This document shows positions 38,455-48,900 of a stretch of 64,000 nt of DNA, piece after piece. Every line of letters begins with the position of its first letter. Position 1 is the first letter of the stretch. Origin of the DNA: a bacterium (GTDB lineage Bacteria > Patescibacteriota > CPR2 > UBA1875 > CAIMLA01); NCBI GenBank assembly GCA_037129835.1, contig JBAXUE010000003.1, forward strand, positions 87,275 to 151,274, given 5' to 3'. Position numbers and translations under genes: made by a program. The notes below the pieces were generated by a model, which did not search any database, was not told where the DNA came from, and saw nothing but the letters and a program-made list of their open reading frames with translations.

Positions 38455-39468
38455 ATGAAGTCAAACAAGACAATTTTGTTGGTTGCTGTAGCAGTGGTGC
38501 TATTAGTAGGTGGTTGGCTGTGGTATTCAAAGGTAGAGACAGACAAAGCTGAAAAGGCAGCTGCAGCGGTTAAGGCTGCTGAGCTAAAGGAGGCTAGTGT
38601 GCCGATTCAAACTGTAAAAGTAGCATTTCAGGCAGATGAGTTAATTACGGCTTCTCTTTTGGGCCTGGCAGAAGATAAGGGTATCTTTACAAAAAACCGT
38701 ATAGAGATCAAAAAAGTTACAAGCGCAAGCGCGATATCAACTTTACTAAAGTCTGGTGAAGCAGATGTTTCTATCACTTCGGCAGCTACTGTTTTGCTTG
38801 GTTACTTAAACAAGCAAGATACACAATGGATAGACAAAATAGCTGACTACCCTGCGCTATTTGGTTTTGTTGGTAAGGCTGGGGATATCTCTACTTTCAA
38901 AAATGCTGGAGTGTCCAAGCTTGGAACTTCACCGCAGATATATACCGAAGTAGTTGCTCCAAATCTTGGTATTAAAGGAAAGATTGATTTCGTAGTTGCA
39001 GCCAATGGGGCTCCCCAGCTAGCAATGATAGACCAAGGAAAACTAGATTTTATAGTATCAAATGTTTACAACGATACGTTACAAAAAATAATATCTGAAA
39101 AGAAATATCAGTCAAAAAGTTCAAAAGACACCTTTAAAAATAAGAAAGTACCAGTAGGCGTCTTTACAAATCAGAAGCAAATAGATACCAACTCAGATGC
39201 TCTTGCACGTTTTGTAAAATCAATAAACGAAGTAAGTGACTACGTTCTTACACATAAAAATGAATTTAAGGAAGAGATTAAGAAAGACGACAGCGTTAAT
39301 GATGCGTTAGCTCAGCAAATAGTTGACGCTTTTATCTCAGCTCGTTCCAAAACTAATAAACCTGTAGTGTCAGATTTAAATGACTTGATGCCAGTATTAA
39401 AAGGTTTAGAACCGGCAGAACCGGGGCGAGATCTGAACAAGTTCGTAAATACAAAATATGTGAAATAA
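38455..39468 (+). CDS. membrane-anchored ABC substrate-binding protein (SsuA/NMT1-like)
   Basis: N-terminal TM, LA.DKG.F, L.SGEADV, G.LD; operon context. Confidence 0.8.
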   Translation: MKSNKTILLVAVAVVLLVGGWLWYSKVETDKAEKAAAAVKAAELKEASVPIQTVKVAFQADELITASLLGLAEDKGIFTKNRIEIKKVTSASAISTLLKSGEADVSITSAATVLLGYLNKQDTQWIDKIADYPALFGFVGKAGDISTFKNAGVSKLGTSPQIYTEVVAPNLGIKGKIDFVVAANGAPQLAMIDQGKLDFIVSNVYNDTLQKIISEKKYQSKSSKDTFKNKKVPVGVFTNQKQIDTNSDALARFVKSINEVSDYVLTHKNEFKEEIKKDDSVNDALAQQIVDAFISARSKTNKPVVSDLNDLMPVLKGLEPAEPGRDLNKFVNTKYVK

Positions 39469-39471
39469 GCA

Positions 39472-40761
39472 TTATTCTAAGTGCGATATAATGTGTTTCG
39501 ATTTGGCCTCTACGGGGGCCTTTTCGATAAATTTTACTTTTAGCGGTAAGAATAGGCCTTCGTCTACTAGGTCCTCGAGGGTTTTTGTTGCAGTGAGGTA
39601 AAGTTGTTTCTGGACCAATTTGGCAATATCTGTTTCTTTGCCCTTAACATTGTTAATATCCTCAGAAGCTAAGTGAAGTTCTAGTTCGTTGATCATCATG
39701 TCACCTTGATTTCTTTCAAAAACGTGTAGTTGAAACCATGGAACTCCGGGCGTATCGAACTCTGGAATAGCGTCTGCGATTACTTGCGTGTGAAGTGTAA
39801 CCCCAGAAAATCTTAAAACGTCGAAATCTCTCTTCCCATTTACCTTTATAGTATATTTTTCACCGCAGTCACATGTGTTACTCGTTATATCCGCATAATC
39901 AGCTGTTTGGTAGCGTATCAATGGGAATGCCGGTAGTTTTAATGAGGTAAGTATTATCTGGCCGCTTGAAACAGGTGTTATGTCATCTTCATCCAACACC
40001 TCTAGAATATTTCTCTTGTGAGGATGGAAAAAACTTGGAGCTTCGTGTTCAATATATGCACATCTATAGCCAATTAATCCCGCCATTTCGGAGCTACCAT
40101 AAGCGAAACTGACATCTGCGTTTGGAAAAGATTTTCGAAAATAGTCTGCTCTTTGTTTTGAGCAAAATTCTGAACCTAACCGAATAAGCCGAATTTGTTG
40201 TAAGTCAAAATCAACCTTCTTGAGTTCTGCTATAAACAGAGTTAATAGTGTCGGGGTCGACAATATTGCATCTGGCGAAAGTTCCTTTGCTATTTTCGCT
40301 GCTAAACTCAACTTTTGCGGATCTCCTGGGAACATTGGTATTGGTGAGTTTTCAACTTTTCCAATTGCCCTGATTGTTGGGAGCAGAACAAAGCCTCTTT
40401 TGAGTCCGAGGTGTGAGAAAGGAAAATAATAAGAATTTTTTTCCGTGGCCGGGATAAGGTGGTCATCAGTTCGCGGTAAAATAAGTGGCTTATTAGTATT
40501 TGTAGTTCCACTCGAAGCAGAATATTTAGTTATTTTATCTATGTCGACAAAAATGCGCTCATTTAAGGGTACTTGGAGTATTTCGTCCTTGGTCAGGATC
40601 GGTATTCTTAAGAAATCGGCATAACTGTTTATGCTTTTTGAACTAATATTTAGTCCCTTATATTTGTTTATATAAAAATCTGAATACTGGCTTTCTAAAA
40701 CATAGTCAAGCAAACTTTTCACTTGTGCTAGAAATTTTTCTTTAAATTCATTTTCTGTCAT
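39472..40761 (-). CDS. phenylacetate-CoA ligase (PaaK)-like adenylate-forming enzyme
   Basis: F..IP.LTK, SSGTT P-loop, YGSSE, FPLIRYQTAD, C.CG...GKR. Confidence 0.85.
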   Translation of the reverse strand: MTENEFKEKFLAQVKSLLDYVLESQYSDFYINKYKGLNISSKSINSYADFLRIPILTKDEILQVPLNERIFVDIDKITKYSASSGTTNTNKPLILPRTDDHLIPATEKNSYYFPFSHLGLKRGFVLLPTIRAIGKVENSPIPMFPGDPQKLSLAAKIAKELSPDAILSTPTLLTLFIAELKKVDFDLQQIRLIRLGSEFCSKQRADYFRKSFPNADVSFAYGSSEMAGLIGYRCAYIEHEAPSFFHPHKRNILEVLDEDDITPVSSGQIILTSLKLPAFPLIRYQTADYADITSNTCDCGEKYTIKVNGKRDFDVLRFSGVTLHTQVIADAIPEFDTPGVPWFQLHVFERNQGDMMINELELHLASEDINNVKGKETDIAKLVQKQLYLTATKTLEDLVDEGLFLPLKVKFIEKAPVEAKSKHIISHLE

Positions 40762-40897
40762 ACAATTAAGTATAATATATAATGAGCTTGAACGACAGAA
40801 GAAGTCCTAATGTCGGTTAGTTGTTAGAAGACTCAGCGCTTTTCGTATATTTTCGGCTTATCGCTTTATTCAAGTACTAATATAAAGTATTATTGAT

Positions 40898-42577
40898 ATG
40901 AAGATGAAGAAACAAAAGATAAATATAAAGATACCTCGTTTAGGGATATTCTTTGGAATATTGACACTTACAGTCATTTTACTAATTACTTATTCGATAT
41001 TTTTATACTATCCGCTGAAACATGAGAGTATTGATAATATTTCATTAACGGGAGACTCGAATGTTTATAGATTGGAAAAAGGCATATTTCTCCAAGGTCA
41101 AAACGGCACAGCTATTGTGATACAGCCACTTACTTGGTGGCGGCTCGCCAAACTAGCGAATTTCTATTTGGCCGTAAAGTATGAACCGATTTTTATAGAT
41201 AGCAGTTTGTCCGAAAATGACTATCATGACGCGGTACAAAGTATTAGTGAAAATCAGGATAAAATAAAAAATTATTACAAGTTGAAGGAAGATTTTATTC
41301 CAACCGAATTTATGATGAATTTATACACCCTATCGGGAAAATACAAGAAATTCATAGATACACCTAGTGAGAAGCGAGCGGAAGAAATTTTAGATGATTA
41401 TGTAAAAGCAAACCAGGCATACTTGCAGAGCGCACAAAAACTAAAGAGTGTTGTGATAAGGGCCTTTCCAAAATCACAATCGCTCAATTTTATTAATTCT
41501 ATGTCTACAAGCGCTATTATAGAAAATAACATTGATATGATAATAATAAATTCAAGATCATTAGCCAAGGAAATCGACGATTTTAGGGGAGTTTTTTCCG
41601 GTTTACCACAGCTTAGTTACTATCCCAAAATATCACAAATCGCAGATGTGATTAAAGAAGATAATGCCCTGCTCCCGTTAGAAGATTTGGGGATAGCGGG
41701 TGGCATTACAACATCAGGTCCTTATCAGGTCGAGACAGGTTGTTTTGGTGGTGTTAATGAGCCTAAGTTATTTTATGTTAGAAATTTGCCTGATAAAAAT
41801 GGTGATAAGACATTTATCGCACCCAAATATGCAGAAAATAACTATTATTATTTACTCTCCTTAGAAGTTCCTGCGGAGGCTAAGCTTATTAGCCAGGGCT
41901 ACAAATACAAGCTAGCTAGAGAAACAAATACATACAAATGCAACGATTTGACATATCTGATCGATATTTTGTCGCTTGATGAATATAGACAGAATTATTC
42001 AGAAAAAATTCTCGGCGGTATCGATATATCTAGACCAGGATTTTCAAAAAAAGATTTAGAAATTATTAATAAAGCCCAAAAGGCTGAAGAAGTATTTTAT
42101 TCTGATAAAATTAAGCGCAGTGCCTCCTTGAAAAATCTTTCTAACGATTACTTCTTGGTTTATAAAGCTTTAAAGAATACCGACTACCCAGACAAGAGTC
42201 TGATAATAAATCTATTTACTCGTTATAGCTCAGTCCGAGGTGGCACAGTGGGTATTAGCAGAATCTTAAACACTAAGTTGTATCTCGAGCATTTGAATGA
42301 ATCATTATCGCTTGTCAGCGATAAGAAGACAGTCGATGAACGTTATATTAACGTTGCGCGTAGTGCTTATTCTTTGACATATTTTTCATATAGTCCATTT
42401 GTCTGGAAGCAGCCAAAGCCACTGCTATATCAATTAAATGTTAAATCGCCCACGAATCCAAGCCAAACGGATTATTTAACCTTGATCAAAAAAGTAGGTA
42501 GAGAAGAAATTCTTTCTTACCATGCCATTACGGAAGATACAGTTTTTGAGATACAAAAACAGAGCGTTAAAAACTAG
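40898..42577 (+). CDS. membrane-anchored hypothetical protein (559 aa)
   Basis: N-terminal TM and a large extracytoplasmic domain with two Cys; no motif recognised. Confidence 0.8.
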   Translation: MKMKKQKINIKIPRLGIFFGILTLTVILLITYSIFLYYPLKHESIDNISLTGDSNVYRLEKGIFLQGQNGTAIVIQPLTWWRLAKLANFYLAVKYEPIFIDSSLSENDYHDAVQSISENQDKIKNYYKLKEDFIPTEFMMNLYTLSGKYKKFIDTPSEKRAEEILDDYVKANQAYLQSAQKLKSVVIRAFPKSQSLNFINSMSTSAIIENNIDMIIINSRSLAKEIDDFRGVFSGLPQLSYYPKISQIADVIKEDNALLPLEDLGIAGGITTSGPYQVETGCFGGVNEPKLFYVRNLPDKNGDKTFIAPKYAENNYYYLLSLEVPAEAKLISQGYKYKLARETNTYKCNDLTYLIDILSLDEYRQNYSEKILGGIDISRPGFSKKDLEIINKAQKAEEVFYSDKIKRSASLKNLSNDYFLVYKALKNTDYPDKSLIINLFTRYSSVRGGTVGISRILNTKLYLEHLNESLSLVSDKKTVDERYINVARSAYSLTYFSYSPFVWKQPKPLLYQLNVKSPTNPSQTDYLTLIKKVGREEILSYHAITEDTVFEIQKQSVKN

Positions 42578-42798
42578 AAAAAATTATTACAGCCGACCCA
42601 TAGGCAGTCATTTTTAGGTGGCGATTTAGCCAGCTCCGCATTCTTTGTTTCTGCTGTTTTAATTTTTAATTCATTCTGTGCTATATAATAATTATTTATT
42701 CCAAAACCAACAAAAAAAAGTACCGTCAAAACTATTAGAAGAATAACGATCTTGTGTAATTTGTTAAATTTGTTTTTCCTGGTACTTGGTTCCCTCAT
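42574..42798 (-). CDS. small single-TM protein ending in CLWVGCNNFF
   Basis: Basic N-terminus, TM, linker, Cys-x4-Cys aromatic tail. Confidence 0.65.
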   Translation of the reverse strand: MREPSTRKNKFNKLHKIVILLIVLTVLFFVGFGINNYYIAQNELKIKTAETKNAELAKSPPKNDCLWVGCNNFF

Positions 42799-42917
42799 AA
42801 ATTCATTATTAACAATATTGATTCTTATGTCAAGTAGGACAAAGCTAAAGAATAGTACAAATATTATTGTATTGTTACGATTATAAATATAAAATATATA
42901 TATAATTTGAGAGGGTA

Positions 42918-45900
42918 ATGAAACCTAAAAAGGCTTATTTCAAGTTTCAGAAGAAAGAAGCTATTATTAGACCGTCAAAAATCGGTTCTTTTAGTGTTCA
43001 TGATTACTTTATAAAAACACAACTATTTATTTTAGAAATATTTTCTAAGCTTCATCTGGTTTTGCGCAAGCCGCACGATCAGGCTTATAAAAATATTAAA
43101 ATTTATAAAAATTATAGTGACCACCCCGCTTCTGGACCGATAAATCGCTCGGTAGCAGCCGGTTTCGTAGCTTCATTGGCGATTTTCCTAACTTTGCAAT
43201 ATGTTGTTCCAAATCTCTTTGACACCTTTAAGCCAAATAAGGCAGAAGCTTCATCAACTTCAAAACAATGGACATTAGATACAGATTTTAACAATAACAC
43301 CCCCACAACTGGTGTCGCTACCAACAGAGTTCTTGCCGTTTTGCCGGGTACTTCTTCCGTAACACTCGGTTCAAAAACAGTTACAGGTACAGGTACTGAT
43401 TTTACCACTTCGGTTAATACATATTCACCGAAAGAGGTGGCGATAAATGGTATAAGCTACGCAGTTGCGTCTGTAGAAAGCAATACTTCTCTTACATTAC
43501 GGGATAACTATCCTACAGCCACTGCTTCTGGATTAGCCTTGAGCCACAAAAGTGATACTGCGCTTCTAGGTACAGCCACATTAGTATCTGGCTCAGCTGC
43601 AGTGGTTGGTGTTGGTACAAATTTTAACACCAGTGTCAAAAAATTTGCTTCACCAATATTGATTAGAATATCGGGTACGGCCTATACGGTTTCTACGGTA
43701 ACCGACGACACACATCTTACACTCAGTGCCAATTCTGCAGTTTCTGGAGCTGGGCTACCGATTAGTTACGATAATGCTGTTGTAGGTAACAACGCAGTAT
43801 CACTGCACTCAGGTCCCGTAGCAACGACCTTGACATACGGTCTTGGTGGAAATGTGGGCAAAACAACTGCCGGTACATATTCTCTAGCGGTACCAGCGGG
43901 CATCACTGGTTTTACTGTAGATATCAAGGGCGCTGGCGGCGGCGGTGATACCGGTGGAGGGGCGGCTGGTACTGCTGGCGGGGTGACAAAGCTGTCTTAT
44001 AGTACTTACGATGCGACTGCGAACAGCGGTAGCGGTACCGGAGTGGTTGGCACGGCAAGTATCAGCGGATTTACCGGTCTGACGGCTGTAAGCGGTCAAG
44101 GTAACGCAGGAGGAGCTGGCGGTTATGGCACACCTGTTTACTATGACGGCGGTTGTCAATATGATTCCTGCGATCAACCATATGGCTGCTGGGCTCCTTA
44201 TTGGGACTACGGACCACTAGGTGCTAGCGGTGGCGCTGGTGGTAGGATTACTGGCTCTATTACTACGGCGCAAGTCGCAGGGCAGACACTATCTGTCGTT
44301 GTTGGTGCGGGCGGTGGTGGATATACAGCTGGTTCGATCGGTACAATCGTCGTAACCTATTTCACCACTGGTTATAACAGTACTGGCACGCTTTCAGGCT
44401 TAAAGATTGACTCTGGATCTAATGTAAAATCCAAGTGGAACACAGTATCTTGGGTGGGGACAACTACTGGAGCAGGGACTAATCCTATAAAGTTTCGGAC
44501 CCGGGGCTCGAATATGGCAAGCCCAACCACAGTTACTGGAAGCGCTGATACTGGATGGACGTATTGGAATAATGATGCAACTAACGTAGCTTATTACACA
44601 AGTACGGGAGCAACACTAGTAACCATCCCAACTAGATGGCTAGAAATAGAAGCTACCTTGACCACATCGGATATTACTGTTACTCCATCTTTGACTGATT
44701 TTACGATAAATTATGATACCTTAGATGCTCCTACAAACCTTGCTCAATACAAGGCAGATACTACGACGGCTATCAGTGCTAACTATACTAACGAAACTAG
44801 CTTTGTCGCCAAGGCGAATCTGGGCGTGCCACTCAAAAATTCTACACCTATCACGCCTCAGTTTGAAATCCGAACCACCGATACTGGCTGGACTGGGGCA
44901 GTAGCAGTACCGGCTGGCGTTACAGCCACTCCTACTAGCATAGTCTACACATGTACTGTTGATCCTTGTGCTGCTCTGGGAGTCCAAACGGTTGGAACCA
45001 TCACTGGTCTAACAGCTGGGACTAGCTATTATTACCGAGTTCGCACTACAGATGCCACAGGTCGGGTGTCTGGTTGGAGTGCCAGCTCTTCTTTTGTAAA
45101 TCCAGATCAGGCAGCACCTACTATTATTGCCTTCGTCAATGATGGGACAAGTGCGGACATTATATATTCATCTTCTTTGTCTCAGCTTTCTGCGAACTGG
45201 GGTGCTTCCACAGATGCAATTTCTGGTTTACAAAAATATCAATATGCCATCGGCACTACATCTGGGGGCACGAATACATTGACATGGACGGACAATGGTA
45301 CGGCTACTGCAGTGACAAAAACTGGACTATCACTTGTAGAAGGAACTACATATTATTTCACTGTTAGGGCTGTCGACAATGTTGGTAACACAAGCTTAGT
45401 TACAACTTCAAATGGTCAGCTTGTGGATGTATCGTCTCCAACGGGAACAATATCTATTAAAGATACAGAGAGTCCTTATAGTGATAATTATTCCAATGCG
45501 AAGCTCGTTAAACTTATTTTGACACCAGTAGAAACAGGCTCGGGTATGAAAGATTTCCAACTGTCTAATGACGGTGTTACATGGGGAACGGCAACAAGTA
45601 CTTTGGGAGTAGTGACAAACTCAGGAACTTGGGGGACATGGAGTGATGCCTATAATTCGACCGGATTTAGCGGTTGGTATCTAAGCGGGGCAGACGGGTC
45701 GAAGTCGGTTTATGTAAAGTATCGAGATGTAGCTTTGAATGTTTCTGGAACTCAGGGATCATATTCCCCGACAGCTTCTACGTCATGGACCATTCCTAAT
45801 GGTATTGCATCAATCAATTTTACTTTCGTTGGGGCTGGTGGTGGGGGTTGTTATGGCCCTAGATATAAACATACTGGTACTAGTGGCGGCAATGGTGGAG

Positions 45901-48900
45901 ACTCAGGAATCACAATCGGCGCCAACATCTATAAGGCGCTAGGCGGCACGGGAGCGACAGGAGAATATGATAGTGATTGTGGTATAGGCACTGATGGTGG
46001 GACTTCTTTCCCGGCCGGTTTTGTTCCGACACAAAATGTTACAGGAGGCGCAGGCAACGGTGGTCCAAATCCGGGCGATGATTATTACGCAGGTGGCCCT
46101 GGTGGCGCCGGAGGTTTATTGGCGGGTACAATTGGTGTAAGTGGCGGCAGTGCTACTATTTCTGTTGGAGCCATGGGTTCTCCAAATGGTGGCGCTGGAT
46201 CGGTTTTGATAACTTATTCTCAAAATATATCAGCCACTACCACGCTTGATACTACGGCTCCAACGGCCGCTATCACTTATTCATTATCACGTAACGTGAA
46301 GACCGGTGATGTACAGCGCATTACTGCTACATTTAATGAAGATATACTAGCAGGTACTTTACCAAAAGTGGCTATATCTGGCTCAAATACACTTGCCGCT
46401 ACAGATATGGTTAGGACAGATGCCACTCACTATTATTATGACTACACCGTAGGAGCTGGCAATGGAGCGTCAACGATCGCTTTGAGCGTGGGAACTGATC
46501 TTGCCGGTAATGTGGTAACGTCAGCCCCAACATCTGGTGCAACCTTTACCGTTGACAATGTCCTGCCAACAATTACATCAGCTACTTCAACGACCGCTAA
46601 TGGCTATTACAAGGCCGCAAATATAGTAAATGTTACAGTAAATTTCTCTGAAATCGTGTCTTCAATAGGTAGTGTTACTGTCAACTTAGATTCAGGTGGC
46701 GCTTGTAGTTTTATAATTACGAATTCTAACAGCGGTAGCTGTAATTATACAGTCGGAGCGAGCGATAATAGCTCTGACTTGAATACTAGTTCCATCTCCG
46801 GAAATATCAAAGATTTGGCTTTAAATACCTTAACCAACTTCGCTCCAGCTGCTTCTTTAGCTTCATCGAAAGCAATAGTTATCGATACCACAGCCCCAAC
46901 GGCTGCTATCACTTATTCATTATCACGTAATGTGAAGACTGGTGATGTACAGCGCATTACTGCTACATTCAATGAAGCTATGTTAGTAGGTACTTTGCCA
47001 AAAGTTGCTATATCCGGCTCAAATACACTTGCCGCTACAGATATGGTCAGGACAGATGCCACTCACTATTATTATGACTACACCGTAGGAGCTGGCAATG
47101 GAGCGTCAACGATCGCTTTGAGCGTGGGAACTGATCTTGCCGGTAATGTGGTAACATCAGCCCCAACATCTGGTGCAACCTTTACAATCGATAATATTGT
47201 ACCGACTCTCACAACGGTGACGATAGCTTCGAATAACACCATAAACCATGTGGCCAAGATGGGTAATCAAATCACACTTACAATAGTGGCTAGTGAAAGT
47301 GTTACTACACCTACTGTTATAATTGCGGGGAACTCGGCGACCGTAACGGGTACAGGAACTAACTATTCCGCAGTTTATACTATGGTAAGTGGAGATACAC
47401 AAGGGACGGTGCTATTCTCTATTTCAGCTTTTCAGGATTCAGCACTCAATACAGGATCGGTTGTAAGCACGAATACAGGTGGTAACAACATCACTTACGA
47501 TAGAACAAACCCTGATCAAATAACTATTACCAGTGTTAGTCCCGCTACAAACAATACCGGAGAGCAGACTGTCACTTGGGCAGATTATACAGATTCCGCT
47601 CCAACTTCTGGTTTTGGTAAATATGTATTACAAAGAAAGAAATCAACAGATGTGGACTTCTCAGATATAAGTCCAAGCGTAGAGATAACAAGTCAATCGA
47701 CTCATACATATTTGGACCATATAGCTCAGTCTAGTAATAGCTCTGGCACTTATTACTATCGCGTTATCGCCTATGATAGAGCTGGTAATAGTAGTAATGG
47801 GGCTGCATCTCAGGCGGTTGTTATAGATAATCAGGCACCAGCCGGTACTTTGCACATTCTTGACACAGTTAATGGGACAGATCCAAAGGCGACAAAGAAC
47901 AGCACTGTAAACCTTTCTTTCATTCTTACAGATGATTATTCCGGAGTTTCTAGCTACTCTATAGATAATGGTGATGGAAATTGGTCGGAGTCTACAGATA
48001 TCTCTAGCGATGGCCTTAGCCATAGCGGTACTTATACTGGATGGGCTCTCGTAAACCCTAGCACCGAAGGAACTAAGACGGTACGAATAAAACTTGCCGA
48101 TAAGGCTGGAAATGAAGTAACCAACATCTCTCATACTATTATCCTAGATACTACTTCACCGGACAGCATTAGCTCAGTTGTTGCTTATAGTGACGATACT
48201 CAGGAAACATCAATCTCTGAAACTGGCGATAGCCTAGGATGGTACCCTTATACTGGCCCGAATTTTAAATTTATATCTTCGGATCAAGTATCTGGAATAA
48301 AAGAATTTAAGTATTGTATCTATCGCCCGTCTTCCGAGAGCTGTGATTATACGGCCAATTCAGCGGTATCGGCTAGCCAAATAAACAATTCGAAAAGCTA
48401 TACTGGCAATGTTACATTAGAGCTTACAGACTTTGGTAATAATAATATGCAGGGGGAATTGCTCTTTAAGGTAATCGGCGTAGATTATGTTGGTAAGACT
48501 AGTGCGCCGTCGACATATACTTACAAGTTTGATAATACAGTGCCAACTTATGTTAATAATTTTTCCGCTACCCAGGGCACCTATACTGACAAGATAGTCC
48601 TTACTTGGGACAAATCTTCAAATATTACCCCAGTCGCACCGATTGAAAAATATAAAATAGAGCGGGTTCAGTCGAGCTATTACAATGGAATCAACGACAG
48701 CGATTGGACTCAGTTTATAAATTATCAGAATATCACTTGTCAGACAGCTACACCTTATGTTTGTTTAGATAAAGATGGAGTCCAGGTCGGTAATATTAGT
48801 TTAGACGGGAGTAGTTATAAATTTGAGAATAAACCTGAGGTCGATGGTATATCGTCTACCTCTACCGATGCTTCTCTCTTGTCTTCAACTAAATATATTT

